A stretch of 57,433 nt of DNA from Clostridia bacterium (GCA_045537705.1 JAZSPY010000089.1:1-57433); one strand, 5' to 3'; positions 19,006 through 27,761 are shown, counted from the first letter of the stretch. A program made the numbers and translations. Notes: a model not told the origin generated them from the letters alone.

Positions 19006-20028
19006 ATGGCAAAAGTTGTTACATTTGGCGAGGTTATGTTGCGCCTTGCCCCTAACGGTTACTACAGATTTTTTCAAAACGATCAGATGCAGGCTACCTT
19101 TGGTGGCGGCGAAGCAAACGTTGCAGTAAGCCTTGCAAACTTTGGTTTGGATAGTGCTTACGTTACAAAATTGCCTGAACACGCTATCGGTCAGGCTGCA
19201 GTAGATTCATTAAGATACTTTGGGGTTGATACTTCAAAAATCGTTCGCGGCGGCGAAAGAGTTGGCATTTACTTCCTTGAAAAAGGCGCTTCACAAAGAG
19301 GTTCCGTTTGTATTTACGACCGTAAATATTCTGCTATTCAGCAGGCTAAAAAAGAAGATTTTGATTGGGCAAGCATTTTTGAAGGTGCCGATTGGTTCCA
19401 TTTTACAGGCATTACCCCTGCTTTAGGCGAAAACGTTGTTGAAATTTGCTTAATGGCTTGCAAAAAAGCAAAAGAGATGGGCGTTAAAATTTCTTGCGAT
19501 CTTAACTACCGTGGAAAACTTTGGACAAGGCAGGAAGCCAACAAGGCTATGACTGAACTTTGCAAGTATGTTGACGTTTGCATTTCTAACGAAGAAGATG
19601 CAAAAGACGTATTTGGTATTGAAGCAGAAGGCACCGATATTTACGGTGGCAAATTAAACCATGAAGGCTACAAGAGTGTTGCCAAGCAGTTAATGGATAA
19701 GTTTAACTTTGAAAAGGTTGCAATTACTTTAAGAACATCTATTTCAGCCAACGACAATGATTGGGCTGCTATGCTTTATGATGGAAGCGATTACCACTTC
19801 TCAAAGAGTTATCACCTTCATATCGTTGACCGTGTAGGCGGCGGCGATTCATTTGGCGCAGGGCTTATTTACGCTATCTTAAGCGGTAAAAGCAGTAAGG
19901 AAGCAATTGAGTTTGCAGTTGCCGCTTCAGCCCTTAAACACACCATTGAAGGCGATTACAACAGGGTTAGCGTTAAGGAAGTTGAAAAACTTGCAGGTGG
20001 CGATGGCTCCGGCAGAGTTCAAAGATAA
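19006..20028 (+). CDS. kdgK: 2-dehydro-3-deoxygluconokinase (PfkB family)
   Basis: FGEVMLRL, GGGEANVA, DLNYRGKLW, DRVGGGDSF. Confidence 0.92.
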   Translation: MAKVVTFGEVMLRLAPNGYYRFFQNDQMQATFGGGEANVAVSLANFGLDSAYVTKLPEHAIGQAAVDSLRYFGVDTSKIVRGGERVGIYFLEKGASQRGSVCIYDRKYSAIQQAKKEDFDWASIFEGADWFHFTGITPALGENVVEICLMACKKAKEMGVKISCDLNYRGKLWTRQEANKAMTELCKYVDVCISNEEDAKDVFGIEAEGTDIYGGKLNHEGYKSVAKQLMDKFNFEKVAITLRTSISANDNDWAAMLYDGSDYHFSKSYHLHIVDRVGGGDSFGAGLIYAILSGKSSKEAIEFAVAASALKHTIEGDYNRVSVKEVEKLAGGDGSGRVQR

Positions 20029-20040
20029 TTTTATAAAAAT

Positions 20041-20076
20041 AAAAAGACCGAGTCTTTTAGGCTCGGTCTTTTTTTA
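20041..20076. terminator. Bidirectional intrinsic terminator
   Basis: AAAAAGACCGAG...CTCGGTCTTTTTTTT. Confidence 0.8.
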
Positions 20077-20084
20077 ATATTTAT

Positions 20085-22121
20085 TTATCCGAACAAATAC
20101 CTGAAATAATCGTTATCCAAACACCAGGAGCAATATTTCATTTTGTTACGGACAATGGTTTTTATACTGTCAACGTAATTTTGCGGTAATTCCACCGCCG
20201 GATCTTTAGGGGTAAACTTACCGCCCGTATAGGTGCCGTAATCGGTTTTCCAATCATAGCCTGAAGTAAACACCAACGCAGGTGCTTCAGAAAAAACGTC
20301 TCTGCCAACAAACAGGCGGGAATCAAATTCTAACCCAAACAAATTAGAAAGGGTTGGCAAAATATCAAGGCTGAAAGTTGGCGAAGGAACAACTATAGGC
20401 TCTTCTTTTTCTAAGCTTCCACACCACAAAATAAGGCGGTTATGATCCCTTGTGAAAATATCGTTTACTTCTTTTCCGTATAGTTCGCTTAATGCAGGCA
20501 TTTCACCTAATTTACCGCTTCCTTGTAATCCGTAAGGGAAGTGATCGGTGCTTATGCAAATAACGGTATCATCTGCTATGCCTTTGTTTTCAAGTTCACT
20601 AACTAAATGCGCTAAAGCCTTTTCAAGCTCATAATTGGCGGCAAAATAGCCTTTAACTTCATCTGAATACGGTAAATCTTTAACTATATCCCAGTTTCTG
20701 TTGGTCATTGAGTTTCCCGTGCGACTGTATCCGCTATGCCCTGAAACCGACATATAATAAACATTAAAGGGCTGTTTATCAATATAGGTTGGTAATGTGC
20801 CTGCAATCATTTCGTAATCGCTTTGGGGCCACAGGCTTTTAACGTACTGTTCCATACCGTTGCCCTTGCCCATAAATCCATCGGAATAGCCTAAATTATT
20901 ATGGGTAATATTTCTATCATAATAGGTGTAAGAATTGTTGTGATATGCTTTACCGTAATATCCTGCACGATTAAGCTGACTACCCATTGTAAAATAGTTA
21001 AGATTATTGGCAGTATTTTTAAAACTTTTGCCCCCAGCAGTTGCAATCATACCGAAAACGTTTTGATATTCGCCACCTGTTGTGCCTGCGCTTGAAGGCT
21101 GATAATAATCTAAAAACTGTATTCCTTTTGTTGCAAGGCGGTATAATGTTGGGTTAATTTCAGGGTTTATTAATTCAGCCGAAAAGGCCTCTGCAGTAAT
21201 AAAAATAAGGTTTTTTTCTTTAAAAATACCTGTGTAATCGTTCTTTTTTGTGGCAGTTAAGGATGAAACATAACTATTAAGGTCTTTTATTCTACCCTGA
21301 CCCCCTGATAAATTAAGCTCCATTTTATTATATCCGTACACCTTTGGTGTAGGCGAAACAGTTGCGCTTGGAGTGGTTGTTTTTAAGGGTTCTGTTGCCA
21401 AAGGTATATTTGTTGGCACTATCGTAGGTAATATTGCGTCAGTTGCCTCAAAACCTTCTTCCTGTTTAAAGGCTAAATTATAAACGTCAAGCCCAAGCCC
21501 CGAAAGAAGCCCGAATCTATTAACAGAAGCTTGAAAATTATATTCTTTGCTTAAAAAAGCAGGGTTAACAACTGCAGTAAAACATAAAATCAGCAGTATC
21601 AAAACAGACAAAACCATAAGAGAAGCCGATGCCATTCTTTTTACAGCGTTTGCAAGCATATTTCTATGTGTTTTTTTAGAAAAAACAAGAAATAAAACAG
21701 GTGGCAAAAGATATAAAAACAGCTTTAACAAACCATCAAAACTGAATATCAACCTAAAAATGTCCTTGTAAAATCCGGCTATTGCATCGCTTGCCCCTGC
21801 AAAAACAGTATTTACATCATAGTATATCTGAAACTGGCGGAACACAAAGTATTCCACTAAAAACAAAACTGCGTTTAAGAACATAAAAACTGCGGTTATT
21901 ATCCTGATTATTTTAGGATTTTTTAGTATCGTAATAAGCAAATACAGAATACTTCCAAACACAATTGATCCTAATAATAAAAGCCACGTGCTTGCTTCAA
22001 AAAATTTGCCTGCTGTTGAAATTTTAAACACCGCTTCATAGTAAAAAAGAAGCATGGGAAACAAGCCGATAAACAAGAACGGCTTTATTTTGTTAAAAAA
22101 CGCTTTAAGTTTTTCGTTCAT
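20085..22121 (-). CDS. LTA synthase/sulfatase-like membrane phosphotransferase
   Basis: N-terminal TMs, NLIFITAEAF, GTTGGEY (catalytic Thr), SGHSGY, STDHFPYG. Confidence 0.85.
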   Translation of the reverse strand: MNEKLKAFFNKIKPFLFIGLFPMLLFYYEAVFKISTAGKFFEASTWLLLLGSIVFGSILYLLITILKNPKIIRIITAVFMFLNAVLFLVEYFVFRQFQIYYDVNTVFAGASDAIAGFYKDIFRLIFSFDGLLKLFLYLLPPVLFLVFSKKTHRNMLANAVKRMASASLMVLSVLILLILCFTAVVNPAFLSKEYNFQASVNRFGLLSGLGLDVYNLAFKQEEGFEATDAILPTIVPTNIPLATEPLKTTTPSATVSPTPKVYGYNKMELNLSGGQGRIKDLNSYVSSLTATKKNDYTGIFKEKNLIFITAEAFSAELINPEINPTLYRLATKGIQFLDYYQPSSAGTTGGEYQNVFGMIATAGGKSFKNTANNLNYFTMGSQLNRAGYYGKAYHNNSYTYYDRNITHNNLGYSDGFMGKGNGMEQYVKSLWPQSDYEMIAGTLPTYIDKQPFNVYYMSVSGHSGYSRTGNSMTNRNWDIVKDLPYSDEVKGYFAANYELEKALAHLVSELENKGIADDTVICISTDHFPYGLQGSGKLGEMPALSELYGKEVNDIFTRDHNRLILWCGSLEKEEPIVVPSPTFSLDILPTLSNLFGLEFDSRLFVGRDVFSEAPALVFTSGYDWKTDYGTYTGGKFTPKDPAVELPQNYVDSIKTIVRNKMKYCSWCLDNDYFRYLFG

Positions 22122-22258
22122 AATATCGTTCCTTTTGTTTTTTCAAAGGTAAACCCATTATACCAAATTGCTTTCTTGATTGCAATAGTTTAAAATGCTT
22201 GATTATTATCGCTTTTTATCATATAATATATATAAATCCATTTAATATAGGTGTTTTT

Positions 22259-23866
22259 ATGGCTTACGTTGCTCTTTATAGAAAATTCCGCCCCCAAAGT
22301 TTTGATGAACTTGTTGGGCAGGAACATATTAAACGTACACTTTCTAACCAGCTGGCTTCAGGAAGGATTGCCCACGCATACCTTTTTGCAGGGCCAAGGG
22401 GTACAGGAAAAACTTCAACTGCAAAACTTTTTGCAAAGGCTATTAACTGTGCTTCCCCTATTGGCTGTAATCCCTGCTTAAAGTGTGAAGCCTGTATTCA
22501 GGCAACTGCTGATGATAATATGGATATTATTGAAATTGACGCCGCTTCCAACAACGGTGTTGATAATATTCGCGATATCCGTGATAAAGTAATCTTTGCA
22601 CCAACCGTTGGCAAGTATAAAGTTTATATTATTGACGAAGTTCATATGCTTTCAGGGGGTGCCTTCAACGCGCTTTTAAAAACCTTGGAGGAACCGCCTA
22701 AACACGCTGTTTTTATTTTAGCAACAACTGAAATTCATAAACTTCCCGCAACGATTTTATCCCGTTGCCAGCGCTTTGATTTTAAACTTATTTCCTCTGA
22801 CGTTATCTTTAACCGATTAAAATACGTTTTAGAAGAAACAGGCGCTTCCTTTGAAGATGGCGCCATTGATTTAATTGCAAAAAGTGCTTCCGGCGGAATG
22901 CGTGATGCGCTTTCGTTAGCTGATGTTTGCCTTTCCTACTGTGGCAACAACGTTACTTATGAAGATGCTAAAAACGTGCTTGGTGTAAGCGATAGAAGTT
23001 TTGTTTTTTCCTTTGCTGATGCTATTTTTGATTCAAACGTTTCCCTTGCACTTGATCTTTGCAGGGAATTAGAACAGGAAGGAAAAGATATCGGCGTATT
23101 CGCTTTAGAACTTATGGCGCACATACGGGACGTTATGCTTGCTTCTTTTGCGCCAAACTGCGCCGAAATTACTGCGTTACCTAAAGATATTCAAGAAAAA
23201 TTATTTAATCAGGCAAAGAATGCGGATAAAGAACGGATTTTAAGAAGCCTTGAAATTCTTTCCGCCCTTGAAAGCGAAATAAAGATTCATTCCAAGCCTT
23301 ATATTCAACTTGAAACTGCAGTTGCCCGTATATGTTCGCCCCAATTAGAACAAGATATATCTGCTTTAATTGATAGGGTTAGCGTTTTAGAAAAACAACT
23401 TAAAGACGGTGTTCAGGTTAAAACAACAAAGGAACCTGTTATACAACCAAAAGAACAGGCGCCAAGCCCGGATATTCCGCCGTTTGATATAGGGGATATT
23501 CCAAAAAGAGAAGATCCTGTTCCTGTAAAAAAAGAAACACCAAAGGCTGAAAATCCTGCGCCTAAAAAGGCTCAGTCAGGCTCAGAATTTACGCTTTTAA
23601 TCAACAAAATTAAACAAGCGGATATTGCCCTTTATATGCAATTGCGTAATCTTGATGGTGCGGTAGAAAACGATAAGTTTGTTTTCTATTTGCCCGAAAG
23701 CGCACAAGCAAAAGAAGGTGTTATTTTAAAACAAGCATCTGTTCTTGCAGGCTACATTAAAGACGTTTTAGGCAAAGAACTTAGCGTTACTGTTAAAATA
23801 GGCGCAAGAAAAGCAAAAGAAGCAGATAATTCAAACTTAAATGCTGCATTTGATTTATTTTCATAA
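22259..23866 (+). CDS. dnaX: DNA polymerase III subunit gamma/tau
   Basis: YVALYRKFRPQSF, GPRGTGKT, EIDAASN, DEVHML, SRC. Confidence 0.97.
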   Translation: MAYVALYRKFRPQSFDELVGQEHIKRTLSNQLASGRIAHAYLFAGPRGTGKTSTAKLFAKAINCASPIGCNPCLKCEACIQATADDNMDIIEIDAASNNGVDNIRDIRDKVIFAPTVGKYKVYIIDEVHMLSGGAFNALLKTLEEPPKHAVFILATTEIHKLPATILSRCQRFDFKLISSDVIFNRLKYVLEETGASFEDGAIDLIAKSASGGMRDALSLADVCLSYCGNNVTYEDAKNVLGVSDRSFVFSFADAIFDSNVSLALDLCRELEQEGKDIGVFALELMAHIRDVMLASFAPNCAEITALPKDIQEKLFNQAKNADKERILRSLEILSALESEIKIHSKPYIQLETAVARICSPQLEQDISALIDRVSVLEKQLKDGVQVKTTKEPVIQPKEQAPSPDIPPFDIGDIPKREDPVPVKKETPKAENPAPKKAQSGSEFTLLINKIKQADIALYMQLRNLDGAVENDKFVFYLPESAQAKEGVILKQASVLAGYIKDVLGKELSVTVKIGARKAKEADNSNLNAAFDLFS

Positions 23867-23886
23867 TTTCTAAGGAGGATTTTATT

Positions 23887-24240
23887 ATGGGTAGAGGTGG
23901 ATTCCCGGGCGGCCACGGCGGTTTTGGCGGTGGTGCAAATATGCAACAATTATTAAGGCAGGCACAGAAAATGCAGGCCGATATGGAAAAGGCTCAGGCT
24001 GAACTTCAGGAAGCTGAACTTGAAGTTTCTTCCGGTGGCGGAATGGTTATTTGTAAAGTTACAGGCAAAGGTGAGCTTAAAAGCATTAAAATCAACCCTG
24101 AAATCGTTGATCCTGATGACGTTGAAATGCTTGAAGATACAGTTTGTGCCGCAGTTAAAGAAGCTTTAAGGCAGGCTAACGAACTTACAAACCAGAAAAT
24201 GAACAAAATCACAGGCGGTATGGGCGGAGGTCTGTTTTAA
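23887..24240 (+). CDS. ybaB: YbaB/EbfC nucleoid-associated protein
   Basis: QAQKMQ, SSGGGMV, DPDDVEMLED; dnaX-recR synteny. Confidence 0.95.
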   Translation: MGRGGFPGGHGGFGGGANMQQLLRQAQKMQADMEKAQAELQEAELEVSSGGGMVICKVTGKGELKSIKINPEIVDPDDVEMLEDTVCAAVKEALRQANELTNQKMNKITGGMGGGLF

Positions 24241-24834
24241 GTGAGTGTTTATATTGAGCCTTTGGCTAAACTTGTAAACGCATTTTCCAAACTTCCAGGA
24301 ATCGGCGGTAAAACGGCTTTGCGCCTTGCTTATCACGTTATAAGCGCGCCTGATGAAGACGTTGAAGAACTTAAAACCGCTTTAACGGAAGTTAAACAAA
24401 AAATTAAATACTGTTCTTGTTGCGGTAATTTTTCTGAAAACGACCTTTGTAATATTTGTAAAGACACAAGAAGGGATTCTTCTACCATTTGTGTTGTTAA
24501 AGATCCAAGGGATGTTATCGCTATGGAAAAAACAGGTTCATACAAGGGCGTTTACCACGTTTTGCACGGTACCATCTCCCCTATTGATAACGTTGGGCCT
24601 GATGATATCCGCATAAAAGAATTATTAACCCGACTTGATGGTGTTAATGAGATAATTCTTGCTACAAATCCTGACGTTGAGGGTGATGCCACTGCAGTTT
24701 ACATTGCACGGCTTTTAAAACCTTTTAACGTTAAAACCACAAGAATTGCCCACGGTATTCCTATTGGTGGGGATTTAGAATATATTGACGAAGTTACTCT
24801 TTCAAAAGCCATTGATGGCAGAAGGGAAATGTAA
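24241..24834 (+). CDS. recR: Recombination mediator RecR
   Basis: [14 protein letters not shown]4 zinc finger, YHVLHG, Toprim ATNPDVEG. Confidence 0.97.
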   Translation: MSVYIEPLAKLVNAFSKLPGIGGKTALRLAYHVISAPDEDVEELKTALTEVKQKIKYCSCCGNFSENDLCNICKDTRRDSSTICVVKDPRDVIAMEKTGSYKGVYHVLHGTISPIDNVGPDDIRIKELLTRLDGVNEIILATNPDVEGDATAVYIARLLKPFNVKTTRIAHGIPIGGDLEYIDEVTLSKAIDGRREM

Positions 24835-25595
24835 TGATAGCAGTTATAACAGGCGCTTCTTCCGGTATGGGCAGAGAGTTTTTTAAAAAACTTGACCAAG
24901 CGGAAAATTTAGATGAAATCTGGGTTATTGCAAGGCGTGAAAACCGCCTTAACGAATTAAAGGAAAATGCAAAAACTCCTGTTCGTGTAATTCCCTGCGA
25001 TTTAACACAAGAAGAAAGCATAAAAAGTTATGCTGAACTTCTTAAAAAAGAACAGCCCCAAATTAAAATTCTGGTAAACTGTTCAGGCTATGGCAAGTTT
25101 GGGCATAGCGATGTTGTCTCTTTAGAAGACAGCCTTGGTATGATTGATCTTAACTGTAAGGCTTTGGTTAGCATTACCCACGTTACCTTGCCTTATATGG
25201 CAAAAAACAGCCATATTGTTCAGCTTTGTTCCCTTTCATCATTTCAGCCTGTACCCTATCTTAACGTTTATGCTTCAACAAAAGCCTTTGTGCTTTCCTA
25301 TTCCCGTGGGCTTAACGCTGAATTAAAAAACAGAAAAATTCACGTTATGGCGGTTTGTCCCGGCTGGGTTGAAACGGAATTTTTCCTGCGGGCAGAAACA
25401 AAGCAAAAAGACGCAGTAACTTATTTTAATAAAATTTACAAGGCAAAAGACGTTATTGATACCGCCTATAAGGATATGCTTAAAAAGAAGCAGGTTTCAA
25501 TACACGGTTTTATGATTAAAGCTCAGGTTTTACTTGTTAAACTTTTACCCCATAGCCTTGTAATAAAAATATGGCTTAAGCAACAAAAACACTAA
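24834..25595 (+). CDS. Short-chain dehydrogenase/reductase (DltE-like)
   Basis: TGASSGMG, YASTK, VCPGWVET. Confidence 0.9.
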   Translation: MIAVITGASSGMGREFFKKLDQAENLDEIWVIARRENRLNELKENAKTPVRVIPCDLTQEESIKSYAELLKKEQPQIKILVNCSGYGKFGHSDVVSLEDSLGMIDLNCKALVSITHVTLPYMAKNSHIVQLCSLSSFQPVPYLNVYASTKAFVLSYSRGLNAELKNRKIHVMAVCPGWVETEFFLRAETKQKDAVTYFNKIYKAKDVIDTAYKDMLKKKQVSIHGFMIKAQVLLVKLLPHSLVIKIWLKQQKH

Positions 25596-25604
25596 GGAGC
25601 AACA

Positions 25605-26291
25605 ATGGGCATTCACGATGGACACAGGGAAAAATTAAGAAGAAATTTTATTGCTGTTGGCCTTGAAGGTAAATCAGACCATCAGATTCTTGAACTTTTA
25701 TTAACTTATGCTCTGCCTCGCATTGATGTTAACCCCCTTGCCCACGAACTTATAGATAAATTCGGTTCCCTTTCAGGTGTTCTTGATGCAGATATTTCCC
25801 AGCTTACTAAAATTAAATACGTTTCTGAAAACGTTGCGGTTTTAATTAAACTGATTCCGCAAATTTCTATGAAATATTATCAAAGCAAGCACGGTGAACG
25901 CATTCGCCTTAACACAGTTGATGCAATTAAAGATTATATGATACCTCAACTTGTTAGCGAAAAATCAGAAGTGTTTTTCGTTTTATGCTTAGATACCCAT
26001 CTTAACCTTATCCGCGCTATAAAGCATTCAGAAGGCTCACCATCAAAAACTGCTATTGATATCCGATCGCTTGCAAACCAGGTGCTTAATACCGGCACTG
26101 ACAGAATTATTCTTGTGCACAACCATTTATCCAATTCTGTTACGCCATCTGCACATGATATTCAAGCAACTAAAAGGATTGCTACAGCTTTTGAACTTAT
26201 TAACGTTACCGTTCTTGATCATATTATAATTTCAGGCGATAAATATTTTAGCTTTTTTGCAAATAAAGATATCCTTGAAAGCGCAAAATAG
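25605..26291 (+). CDS. radC: RadC-like JAB/MPN protein
   Basis: HDGHREKLR, ELLLTYALPR, HNHLS...PSAHD, LDHIII. Confidence 0.9.
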   Translation: MGIHDGHREKLRRNFIAVGLEGKSDHQILELLLTYALPRIDVNPLAHELIDKFGSLSGVLDADISQLTKIKYVSENVAVLIKLIPQISMKYYQSKHGERIRLNTVDAIKDYMIPQLVSEKSEVFFVLCLDTHLNLIRAIKHSEGSPSKTAIDIRSLANQVLNTGTDRIILVHNHLSNSVTPSAHDIQATKRIATAFELINVTVLDHIIISGDKYFSFFANKDILESAK

Positions 26292-26340
26292 CAAACGTTT
26301 TTATATATTTAAAAAATTCTTTTGTTTTTTTAAAAAACGC

Positions 26341-26369
26341 TTGACAGAATGTTTTTTATAAAATATAAT
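26341..26369 (+). promoter_or_regulatory. Consensus sigma-A promoter of the tRNA
   Basis: TTGACA (26341-26346), 17 bp, TATAAT (26364-26369). Confidence 0.9.
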
Positions 26370-26386
26370 TAGCCTTGTTAATAGAT

Positions 26387-26471
26387 GCGAGTGTGCTGGA
26401 ATTGGCAGACAGGCATGACTAAGGATCATGTGTCAACAGACGTAAGGGTTCAAGTCCCTTCATTCGCACCA
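26387..26471 (+). tRNA. tRNA-Leu(AAG)
   Basis: Acceptor GCGAGTG/CATTCGC + ACCA, D-loop TTGGCAGAC, anticodon arm CATGA-CT[AAG]GA-TCATG, long variable arm, T-arm AAGGG-TTCAAGT-CCCTT. Confidence 0.93.
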
Positions 26472-27114
26472 TGCTTTAAAGCCTTGTGATTACTGCTAGT
26501 CGGTGGTTGCAGGGCTTTTCTGTTTTTAAAAATGAAGGGACTTGAAGCCAAAGTGGGCGCGTAGGCGTAAAAAAACAGTTTAGTAAACTGTTTTTAGCCA
26601 AGCGTTGCGAGACGGGTACTGTTGCAAAGCAACGGTCGGCGAGCAAGTAAGGCGCGTAGCGACTGTGTCCCTTCATTCGCACCAGTGCTATATGCCCCTT
26701 GATTGCTGCTTTTCACAGTGGTTGAGGGGCATAACTGTTTTTGGAAAACCTCTTGGGACAAGTCCCTTCATTCGCACCGCGTCAGCAAAAAGTCCGTTCG
26801 CGGTGTTTCCCTTTAACAAGGAAAACTTTTGCTTACTCCCTTTTGCTTCCTTTCTCCCACAAAGGCACGCCTTTGCGGGAACCCTGTTTAATAAGCCTTG
26901 TGATTACTGCTAGTGAAGTGGTTGCAGGGCTTTTCTGTTTTTAAAAATGAAGGGGCTTGAAGCCAAAGTGGGCGCACAGGCGTTAAGAAAACAGTTTAGT
27001 AAACTGTTTTTAGCCAAGCGTTGCGAGACGGGTACTGTTGCAAGGCAACGGTCGGCGAGCAAGTAAGGCGCGTAAGCGACTGTGTCCCTTCATTCGCACC
27101 GCGTCAGCAAAAAG
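26454..27114 (+). repeat. tRNA-linked repeat array (four copies of the tRNA 3' end; about 205 bp direct repeat)
   Basis: GTCCCTTCATTCGCACC at 26454, 26667, 26762 and 27084; 26479-26683 is near-identical to 26893-27100. Confidence 0.9.
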
Positions 27115-27125
27115 ATGAGCATAAA

Positions 27126-27167
27126 AAAGGCAGATAGCTTGACACTATCTGCCTTTCTTGTTTTTTT
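27126..27167. terminator. Bidirectional intrinsic terminator closing the tRNA array
   Basis: AAAGGCAGATAG-CTTGACA-CTATCTGCCTTT followed by a T-rich tail. Confidence 0.75.
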
Positions 27168-27169
27168 AA

Positions 27170-27661
27170 TTATCTTAAGAAGTTAAGCTTCTTGATGATA
27201 GCGGGTTCCTTTGCCTGTCCGTTGCAGATCTGGAAGAAACAAATGATCTTTACAACAAAGAGTGTGATATAAAGAACCGTTGCCACAATAAGAGCAAGCC
27301 CATAAATAATTGTTCCAAGGATAGGAATGATATTTATAACCATACCAACGGCAAGAACAATAGGAACAAGTGTTTCAACAACAACAAACTTCAGCGCCTG
27401 ACGAACATGGAAGGCAGCATACTTTGAGGTGTTGCTACCTAAAAGCGCAAGCAAGATGCCGATCCAGCCCATAAGATAAACAAGCATTGAAATTACTTTG
27501 TTTTCAGAAATGTCTTTTGCATCAAATTCTGCAGTATGATCATAAGGATCAGGCTGGGGTGCATATTGCGTCTGCTGGGCCTGTGCGAACTGTACGCCAC
27601 AATTTGTGCAAAAAGCAGCATCATCATTAAGTTGAGTGTTACAATTAGGACAATATTTCAT
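27170..27661 (-). CDS. Zinc-ribbon + DUF4870-like membrane protein
   Basis: MKYCPNC...FCTNCG zinc ribbon, ENKVISMLVYL, FHVRQAL and three TMs. Confidence 0.8.
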   Translation of the reverse strand: MKYCPNCNTQLNDDAAFCTNCGVQFAQAQQTQYAPQPDPYDHTAEFDAKDISENKVISMLVYLMGWIGILLALLGSNTSKYAAFHVRQALKFVVVETLVPIVLAVGMVINIIPILGTIIYGLALIVATVLYITLFVVKIICFFQICNGQAKEPAIIKKLNFLR

Positions 27662-27761
27662 TTTAAGACCCTCTCTTTCGTTTTTCGCCAAAAAACAACT
27701 TTTTTCAGCTTATTCTGTAAAGATTCTAACATATTGGTCTTTGTTTGTCAATACTGCTGTT

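Noticed and set aside
25605-26291. radC as a mobile-element marker for the tRNA array
   Set aside because: It is a full-length chromosomal-type RadC at the end of the dnaX-recR run, upstream of the tRNA promoter and outside the repeats.
26476-26944. Short ORFs 26476-26682, 26605-26913 and 26741-26944
   Set aside because: They overlap the structured repeats, lack RBSs, and the two repeat copies differ by indels that break frames.
26454-27100. CRISPR array or prophage/ICE at the tRNA
   Set aside because: Spacing is irregular (213/95/322 bp), the repeat is the tRNA 3' end, and there is no integrase or cargo gene between the repeats.
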